The notes beneath the pieces are model-generated. The model was not told the DNA's origin, ran no database searches, and worked only from the letters and a program-made list of their open reading frames with translations. From Eledone cirrhosa (taxonomy: Eukaryota), in contig OZ024743.1 of the NCBI GenBank assembly GCA_964016885.1, forward strand, positions 285,448,001 to 285,512,000: a stretch of 64,000 bases of DNA. The letters run 5' to 3'. Of the stretch, positions 54,384-64,000 are shown piece after piece. The first letter of the stretch is position 1, and the number at the start of each line of letters is the position of its first letter. The translations under genes and the position numbers were made by a program.

Positions 54384-55709
54384 GTAAGTAAATCATGAAA
54401 GTCAAAATTATTTTCTGAGAACAACACAGTTCTTACTTTTGGCATCTTTAGATTATTCTCGTGCTAAAATGAATTTCTCCTATCTTCTGTAAACCCCTTC
54501 TTGTAGACTGTTCATCATTTTCCAGATGAAGAAATAGTTGCTTACACTCTATACTAGCATTATGCTGAGTCTTTGTCAAGTCACTTACGATATATACTCT
54601 AACATAAACCAAGGAATATGTGACCAAAAATATTGATAGTAGAATTGGGTCAATATTTTGAGGATTTTCTCCAATTTCAAATTCTATGTAAATAAGGTTT
54701 AAATTTTTGCCCATTTCTCAGACATAAAATAGTGTGGTCGGCTTATAATAATAATGATGTACACTGCTCAGCTGCTCTACAACTCATTAAAGGTGCATGT
54801 ATAGTACATAGAATAATTGTTTCTACTTTTGGCACAAGGCTAGCAATTACCCAGTACATTACTGGTACTTTATTTTATCGACCCCATAAGGATGAAAGGC
54901 AAAGTTACCTCGGCAGGATTTGAACTCAGATCATAAAGGGACGTAACTCTATGCTTCAAAGCATGGTGTCCGACTCTCTACCGATACTGCCAATCCACAA
55001 TAATGTACATATGTCAGGAAAGTGAACAGTGAGTGTATGAGTCATGATACACACACATATATACATGTGTGCATGTGTATGGAGGGGGAATATCAGGTGT
55101 AGTATTGGCAAATTTCGGAAGCATGGAAGTTTTGAAGGATGCACTGTCCCAGCAACTAACAACCGATGCAGGCAGTTTGTTGTATCATCTTATATTCAAG
55201 TATATATGGTAACTTCCAATACCCTAATCCATCTAATTTTCAAATTGTTAGGCAAAGTTTATTACTGCAACATTAAGGACATTGTATAAGAAACATGTAT
55301 TTCATTAGTTTGTATTGTTCAAAAACCTAGCTTAAAATTTCTTTTCTGTATTTTCAAACTCCTGTTAGTATGAAACAAAGCAGAGTACTTAGAATACAGT
55401 TTTATTTGTTTGCTTATTCTCTAAGGAAAAAAGTTTAATTTGATAGAGTTCAATTTAGCTTCTTGGCTATCCTAAGACAAAAAGCTGGAAGTTCAGTTTC
55501 ATATCTTGTTACCACGATTGTGTTTGTTTTATTTGTGGTTAAAACACGTGATCCTGAATGGCTGAATTCCCCTGACCCTAAATAGGTACTATAGAAGTGT
55601 ATAATTCACTGTTATAGATCATGGCTGTACTCTGAAGTATATTGTGAACATCAATGGTGACTTCAATTTCTACTGCAGAAATATATAAAGCAATGAGAAA
55701 TCATTCCAG

Positions 55710-57500
55710 TCATCATCATCATCATCATCACCGTTTTACGTCCGTTCTTCCACGCTAGCATGGGTTAGACGGGTTGTCCTGTTGTGGGCAGTGTCTGGTC
55801 CGCTGACCATGCCTTGCTCATACAGGAACTGATCTGGCTTGATTTCTACAGCTGGATGCCCTTCCTAACACCAACCTCATTTACAGTGAGTGCTGGGTGC
55901 TTTTTCGTGGCGCCTACACGTCCACTTTACAGTGTGGGCTGGGTGCTTTTTTGCCGTGGCACCTCCACGACCACCTTGCGGTGGGGTGTGGGGGCATATT
56001 GTTTATATGCTTCAGCTTGTACCCATGGGAGGTCGGGTACCCTGTATTACTGCGTGACGCCAGAAGTCACGGTCGTGTGTCATTGACTTTGAGAGGTGTA
56101 GTTGGGTAAGGTCGGCTTTTATCACCTCATCCCAGGTCTTCTTGGGTCTCCCCACTCCGCGGTTTCCATCAACTTCTAGTGCTCTGCACCTTTTTATGCA
56201 GCTGTCATCCTTCATACGCATCACATGTCCATACCAGCGTAACCGCCTCTCCTGCACACAGCATTTGATTCCTCTTATGCTCAGTCTCTCTCTCAATTCC
56301 TTTATGCTTTGTCGTTCACGTATATTACTGTTACACATCCATCGGAGCATGCAGGCTTCGTTTCTCTCTAATCTACGTAAGTCTTCCACCTTCAGCGCTC
56401 AGGTCTCACTACCATGCAACATCGCTGTTCGGATACACGCATCATACAGTCTGCCTTTCATTCTGAGGGAGAAGCCTTTTGCAGCTAGCAGTGGTAGTAG
56501 TTCCCTAAACTTCTTCCATCCCGTTCTTACCCTAGTTATTGTACTTTCTGAGCACCCACCTCCGCTGCTAATTCGGTCACCTAGGTAGCAGAAGCTGTCT
56601 ACTGTTTCTACAGGGCCCTCCCAGAGATTGGTGGTACTTGTTTCCTGTGGCTGTTTGCTTGCTGTTTCAGCACAGCTGCTGCATGTGAATCCTACATTCT
56701 TAATTAAGCTTCCTGAGATCCCGCTACATCTCTTGTGTACCCATTGTTTGCATTTGGGGCAGAGAATGGAGTTCCTACCTACACCTTTCCTACATACTGA
56801 GCAAGGCCATTTCCCTGAGGGATCTGGGTTCTGTTTTCTCGTCTACTTACAAGGACCTTAGTCTTTGTCATGTTGACTTTGAGGCCCTTTCTCTCTAGTC
56901 CCTGCTTCCAGGTTTGGAATTTATTCTCTAGTTCTACCATAGATTCAGCTATGAGTGAGAGGTCATCAGCATACAGGAGTTCCCATGGGCACCCGGTCTT
57001 AAACTCCTCCGTTATTGCCTGCAGGACTATGATGAACAGGAGAGGGCTAAGAACAGAGCCCTGGTGGACCCCAACCTGTACGCTAAATTCCTCGCTATAC
57101 TCATTGCTAATCCTAACTTTGCTGACTGCTCCCCTATACATGGCTTGTACCGCTTTCACAAGCCATTCATCTACTCCTAGTTTTCTAAGAGCCCACCAGA
57201 TTACTGCACGTGGAACTCTGTCAAAGGCTTTCTCAAGGTCGACAAATGCCAAGTAGAGTGGCTTACTTTTAGCTTACTTTTCCTGTAATTGCCTCACAAG
57301 GAAGAGGGCATCAGTGGTGCCTTTCCCTGGTACAAACCCAAATTGCATCTCGTCTATATTTACCCAGTCCCTAATCAGCTGTGCTATAACTCTTTCTGTT
57401 ACTTTCATGACCTGGTCCATCAACTTTATACCTCTATAGTTTCCTCTATCTAGTGCATCGCCTTTACCTTTGTAGCAGTTGACAATGATGCTACTGCACA
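55710..57500 (-). mobile_element. 5'-truncated RTE LINE (subfamily B), lightly frameshifted
   Basis: [39 protein letters not shown], 3'UTR, (GAT)n. Confidence 0.95.
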
Positions 57501-58392
57501 TATTTCTTTTTTAATCACTACATAAAAATTAAATCTTTAGTGATGCTTTCATAACTCTATTGGTTCCTGGACCAATCACCATATTGTACACCAAAACCTT
57601 ATAGGTGAAACACAAAGCTGATGGTTTTGGTCAAGTTACCTGAAGTAAAGAAATGTCATGAGTTCATATTATCTTTTTTTTACCTGTCTCAAGTTCAATT
57701 GGTTTGAATATCAGATGTCAGATTACTTGGTTATATTTGTTACAAACCATTTGATATTTTCAATTCAGATAATATTCCTTCAAGATTTATTGGTCATAAA
57801 CCTTAGACACTGACTTATGCATGTGTTAAATTTATGCATGAAGTCTTTGTCAAAGTACAAATTTGACATTATTAGTTTAACTCCTAACATGGTGGAAGAG
57901 TTGAGATTGAAAGTGTAACATCAAGATTAAAGATGGGGGATATTTGAGAATAAGGAAGTGAAGTTTGAGTATTAAACTCAGTAACATTACTCATGATATA
58001 AACATAATGGTTAAGTGAATAACTTAGTAGACGACTAACTAAAAAGTCATTTTTTTATGCCCATGTGCAAAGTACTTCCTTGTTTTTCATATTGATTCAC
58101 CTAGACATTAAGAAAAGATACCATATAGGAAAATATTACCTGCTATAGAGTGACAACCTATGCTGTGGATGACGTATTTCTTAACATCATGAAACCAGAG
58201 TTAATTTCTGGGTGACTATTGAGAAAAGATATCACTGTATCGAATATAACTTACACTGCTAATAATATGACAAAAGCACCAATGATGCACAATCTCACTC
58301 ATGTTTCCTATAAATCTTACACTACACACCTATATAAGGAAACATTTTAATTTGATTTTAGCATAAACTGTGATATTATTTTTTTTTTGTAG

Positions 58393-58508
58393 TGAGAAGC
58401 CACTTGCTATATATTTATTCAGTAAAGATAAGAGATTAATACAGCAGTTCCTGACAGAAACTTCTAGTGGAGGTCTGTGCATCAATGACACTGTAGTACA
58501 AACAGCAC
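58393..58508 (+). CDS. ALDH3A2: ALDH3 exon 11
   Basis: ttgtag|EKPLAIYLFSKDKRLIQQFLTETSSGGLCINDTVVQTA-L|gtatgt. Confidence 0.95.
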
Positions 58509-60444
58509 GTATGTAAAGTTTCTTTCTTTCCTTCTTTATTTTCTATTTTCCATGACAAAATATATATAAGAAATATTTGAAATTTTAAACATTTGCATGA
58601 GATATTTTCATTGTTGTTAGTGATGGAGGTTGTAGTGACGATGGTAGTGTCAGTGGTGGTAGTGTTGGTGTTGGTGGTATTCATGCTAATTGTGATGTTT
58701 AAACTTAGTTGAAACTGATCAAGTTGACTATATATATAGCATAGTGACTGGCAGCAATAGCAATTTAACATTGTTCCTACCTCTGTAGATTTCCAGATGG
58801 ATGGACTAAACTCTCCACGTTACAGTCTTCAGACACAAAATGATATTGCAACATAAGCATTTTGATTGCCTTACATTGATGCAGAACCACACAATTATAA
58901 GTCAGAATTAAATTGAATCAACTTCAATACATGATTCGTGCTTATTTTATCATCTCTGGATGAACAATAAAGTCAACTCAACAAAATTTCAAATTTTGTA
59001 TCATTTAGTCAGAAGGAAAAGCTGTACCCATGATCCTTTTCAGGGCCTCTAAGACTGGTTGGAGGTAGAAAGGAAGATATCTTCAAACTCAAGACCTTGA
59101 TTGAATACTTGCAACAGAGTGGACTCTATTTAAGACATCCAAGAGATGATATGTGAGTCAAGGGCCACCAGCCCATCTGAGTATTCTGTATGGTGCAGGC
59201 TCCTGGTCCACTGTGGGGTCTGTACCTCTACTTTGAGTACCAACCTGGTCTGATGACAACCTTACCAACCTTTGCTAGCAGGGAAAGCAGCCAGTAAACA
59301 GTGATACTAATGATGATGATGATATTTAAAGTCCTAAATTTCAGGACAACTCAGTCACCATTAACAATTAATGACTACAGATAAAGTATTATCAAAACAT
59401 CTGGCATTTCCAAAGAAATGATATTATACTTGAATGTATTTTTTACATTCACCTTTCCTTGCTAGCATGGTTTGCGCAAGATATTTTGAGGCAGAGTTTA
59501 ACTGCTGGGTACCCTTCTTGATGCCAACTCTTTTAGATGTATCTTACAAGATGCAGGGATACAGTAAACCAAGTCTCTTTCTCTATCTTGTCCATTTCTA
59601 TTGTGGCTACTACTAGAAATTACAAGCTTACAGGAACAAATTAAATGGTGGAGAAAACACAATATTCCCAGAATGCCACACAACATCCCGTGAAAGAAAC
59701 AACTACAGACTGGAGTACACAGTATGGCCCTCAACTAAACAGAGGCATGATACATCTAAAATACTGTACCATACCTTCATGTTTGACTGACTACCTATGG
59801 GTTATGCAGTCCAATTTTTAAGGAGGAGTGGGGCAATGGATAGCATTGCCTCCATATTTTTCAATGATGCACACTTAGATTTAGAAAACTTTACAGTATA
59901 TACTCACTCTGAAACTCTGCCTGAGATTATTGTAAATTAGACCCCCACCCACCCCTGAATATTATGAAACCCACCCAAGCACCTAAACCTAGTAACGGGC
60001 CTGGCTACAATAGGTTTGCCTGATTAGATATACACAATCCTCCAACCATTACAACCATCATCTCTGATATCATCCCCAACACAACATGAGCTAATGAGAG
60101 AGCCCCTGTTCAATGTACAAGAAATAGCAACTACATTTCCCTCAAATTACACATTCTACTATCATAAATTTAAAAAATGATACATTGGACAATGTAGTTC
60201 TTGATAATCAAAAAGGCAGTGTGGTCAAACCTAGGATGCTTTGGATCTGTTCATCAGAGTGACCTGGGCCTAAACTACAACAATAATAACATCAACACTT
60301 CACACCACTTTCGTAACTATCACCACCAGCACCAGCACCAGCTTCTCCACAACTGCCATCATCATCTCTACTACAACCTTCCCACCACTGCCACCACCAC
60401 CACCACCACTACTATTACCTCACGTTCATCTTATATTTGACTAA

Positions 60445-60606
<162 letters not shown>

Positions 60607-60679
60607 TAAGTACTCATATACTTCTTTTCTTGCAACACTGACTCATGGTTGATATCAGCTAGAAGGATGATATGTTTAA

Positions 60680-60902
60680 CACTTTTGTTACAGTATTTCT
60701 AATAAAATACACTGCTTATGTGTATCAATTAATTTTGAAGAATTTAATAAGACAATTAACCTTTTAATTAGTAAGTTGGTGTTTGAAACATTTCTTAAAT
60801 AAGATCATGATGAAATGTTTTAATATAAGTATAAACATTTTAAAATGCGCAGTTATGTATCTTAAAACCTGGCTGGTTTCAGGCAGGTTGGTATTAAAAG
60901 GG
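60680..60902. mobile_element. piggyBac-type MITE
   Basis: TTAA|CACTTTTG...TAAAAGGG|TTAA; internal similarity to 6377-6581. Confidence 0.7.
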
Positions 60903-61506
60903 TTAAATTAGAAAACTGGAGTTTTTAAAATCAGAAGGTGAGACTTAAAGAAAGAGAAATAAATCATTTAAATTTTTGATTTTATTAATTTTCAGTTTGT
61001 TCCATGGATTATTTTCCTCTTAGAGGATGTCCTCCTGACGCAATGTTTCAATCAGTATTTTCTTAAATTATTATGACAGCCATTACTCCCTACATATATA
61101 CTATTTATTTCTTCCTGCAAAACAAAATGGCAAGGTCTTTTTTTATATGAATATCTGGGAAATTTTCTCAAATTGTTTTCATGTGGGCCAAGGATTGAAC
61201 CTATAACATTTGTTTTACCAACTGTGTCTGCTGCTTTAACCACTAACCTATATGTTAAAATTAACTATTAACATAGGAATTATAAATATGAAAATTAATA
61301 CATCCTTTCATTATTGCTGTAACATTTACAAGACTTTTTATAGCTGCCAGTTACATATTTCCTCATGATTATTTGAGATGCATATTATTTGATGAGGACT
61401 GACTCATAATTAGAGTTGAAAATCGATTAAGAATCATCCTTTTTTCAATTTACAAGGAAATACGTAAATTTGATGTGTTTACATGTCTATACACTCAATA
61501 TGGGAA

Positions 61507-61537
<31 letters not shown>

Positions 61538-61585
61538 TATATAAAAAATAAACAAAGAAGCCTTTAATTCATCAAAAATCTTTAT

Positions 61586-61630
61586 TTGCTGACAGTGTTT
61601 CGTCCCATTAATAAGGACTCATCAGAGCAA
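61586..61630 (-). ncRNA. Canonical minimal type-I hammerhead ribozyme
   Basis: UUGCU-CUGAUGA-GUCC-uuauuaaug-GGAC-GAAAC-ACU-GUC-AGCAA, running into AAUAAA. Confidence 0.8.
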
Positions 61631-62235
61631 GGAAAAAGACAAGAAGTACTAACGGCCAGAACAAGCCAAAACTCAGAAGAACAGCTAATGGATATTTATG
61701 AAAATTTGGGAAAATTATCATGGAAAGACATGCTAAATCTAATAGGGTGCATTTGTAAATAAAGACTATAGGCCAAGAGAGCAGGCAAGACATTAAACAA
61801 ACCCACGTTAGAAGTACAATATAAGCCCAATACTAGAAATACAACATGGTAATACAATGTGAGAATTATAATATACAATACAATACAATAGATAATACAG
61901 AAATAAAACTTAATATATATATATATATACATCCACACTCACTCTGACACATATATATACACATTTACACATACACATAATAACACAAATATAAATATAA
62001 GCATTATAATAGAAATAATCACCCTGACGGTGTGATTAAACAATACCAAAATCAATGAAAATAATATATTGACATTAAAAAAATATCTAAAAATTCATCC
62101 TACGTATCATGTAAAGTCAACTAAATGTGTATAAAAATATAATGTATTTCACAGGGTAAAAAATAATAATAATACCATATAATAATATAAAGTCCGGTGG
62201 AAAAATATATATAAATATATATATATATATATAAA

Positions 62236-62317
<82 letters not shown>

Positions 62318-62319
<2 letters not shown>

Positions 62320-62467
62320 CGTTTCTGAATTTGTTTAGCAAGATTCTTTATCTGAAATCGTGTGTTGAAACCGATATTGTTATACTTTGGGAGGGTCATG
62401 TTGCCAATAAGAAACACACGCACTGGTGCGTGTGTTTCTTATTGGCAACATGACCCTCCCAAAGTAT

Positions 62468-62475
<8 letters not shown>
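62318..62475 (-). mobile_element. Perfect 50-bp-arm palindrome plus tail in (TA)n
   Basis: Arms 62374-62423 and 62426-62475, 2-nt loop, unpaired tail on the left. Confidence 0.6.
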
Positions 62476-62505
<30 letters not shown>

Positions 62506-62514
<9 letters not shown>

Positions 62515-62773
62515 GTAGAAAAGATAACACATGAGAGAGAGAGAGTGTGTGTTTATCAATGTAAAGGGAAAACCACCAGTGTATGGAATCTATAAACTAG
62601 CTTATAGATTCCATACACTGGTGGTTTTCCCTGTACATTGATAAACACACACTCTCTCTCTCTCGTGTTATCTTTTCTACATATTATATTTGAAGAGCCC
62701 AGGATTCTTTCTCCTTTGAGCTCATAATTTACAGGGAGTAACGCGAGCCTATGACTCCGTTAATTTATTTTGA
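62506..62773 (+). mobile_element. Palindrome (arms of about 88 bp) plus tail in (TA)n
   Basis: Arms 62506-62595 and 62602-62689, 6-nt loop, tail of about 85 nt. Confidence 0.6.
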
Positions 62774-63003
62774 TATATATATATATATAGTCACAGTTAC
62801 ACAGTCCCGATTAAACTCTGTACTGTATATGTACAGATATAAAGTTAACTAACATTGTGTCTAAAGGGATAATAGTTATAATTTCAGATACTTAAGAATT
62901 TGTTTCCACATTTCCTGTAGGTTTATGTAATGTTACAGATATGTTATCAGAGTATCTTGGTCAGCATATGAACTTTCAGCCAACCCTCATATACACACAT
63001 ACA

Positions 63004-63165
63004 CAGGGCCTCCTAGAGAAATTTTGCAAGGCAGTACAAGACCACTTTGAGCCTGAAGCAGGCAAAGATTTTTCTCAAAATGTATGTTGCATGGTTGCAG
63101 TGGGGCCTTCTTAGCTCTTGGGCCCCAGAACAATGTACCAGCTGGACCCCCTCTCATAGGCCTTG
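63004..63165. mobile_element. hAT MITE
   Basis: 8-bp TSD CACATACA (62996-63003 and 63166-63173); termini CAGGGCCT...AGGCCTTG. Confidence 0.75.
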
Positions 63166-63766
63166 CACATACATATATACATACTTGCATGTCCATACAC
63201 ACACATTCACATATGCACACACACATGCATACACATGCATACACTCACACAGATGCACATGTTGATGGTGACAAAAAAAAGAGGCACTCAATACCAATGC
63301 GGTAGAGTGAAGATTATTATGCATTAAGTATGTTACAGTCATTATACCAAAATCTTGAGTTTCCAAGGTCCAGAGTGTGTTTGAAACCATTTATCAGTTG
63401 TCTAACTCAAGGCTATTAACAAACAGACCTCAAGATATCTTCCAAGATTCCATTTATATCTTGTGTGACATGGGATTTTAAATTTATCTCTTTTTTTCTG
63501 AATAGAGAAATAACTGTTGTTTAGGCTAATAAAAGGTATTTCTTTTTCATCACTTAAATGTATATAATAATAAATTATGTTTATAATAAGATGGTTTGAC
63601 ATTAATAATGCATAAATTAATTAGTAAAATTAATAAAATAAATAAACTTATATTCAAAATCATAGGTTATAGATGAGGAAATAAAGTAAAAAGCAATAAA
63701 ACTAATAAAAAACAAAAACAAAATACAAATAACAGAAATAAAATAGGCACACACACACACACACAC

Positions 63767-63817
<51 letters not shown>

Positions 63818-64000
63818 CACACACACATACACACACATTCATACATACATGCACATACACGCACACACACAACACACACATATATATATATAGTGGTGAA
63901 TTGTCAGAGTCACTAGTGTCAGAAGGAATACCCTGTGATATTTGCTTCAGGTTTTCTGTGCTCTGAGTTCAAGTCCTGCATAGACTGGGTAAACTTACAA

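Noticed and set aside
62888-62930. Candidate terminal ALDH3 exon after atttcag or cctgtag
   Set aside because: No frame gives the expected RYPP motif or a C-terminal hydrophobic anchor.

Overview
AT-rich, microsatellite-dense eukaryotic DNA, most likely from a coleoid cephalopod (octopus-like RTE LINEs with (GAT)n tails, CORE- and Meta-type tRNA SINEs; the taxon is inferred). It contains one host gene on the + strand, a class-3 (ALDH3A1/ALDH3A2-like) aldehyde dehydrogenase. Twelve GT-AG exons (21037-60605) splice in frame, with a GC-box/CCAAT promoter near 20.5 kb; the last exon(s) were not found in the window. The protein keeps N114, C243 and E333 but has E209L, T186A, G211S and T242N, which suggests an altered or pseudo-enzyme. 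The rest is transposon debris: RTE, Tx1, CR1, mariner, pogo, Chapaev3, piggyBac and hAT MITEs, and a Helitron end. The most striking unannotated layer is a set of short non-coding elements, nearly all next to (TA)n or other dinucleotide tracts and many built as 'inverted repeat + 3' tail'. They carry at least eight sequence-distinct hammerhead-ribozyme (HHR) motifs of Penelope-like-element (PLE) type. These include a textbook HHR, a U3-A8 compensatory-core variant with stem covariation, and head-to-head HHR palindromes. Inside the ALDH3 gene, core-intact HHRs are antisense and sense-strand ones have core lesions. All structures were folded by eye and no searches were run.
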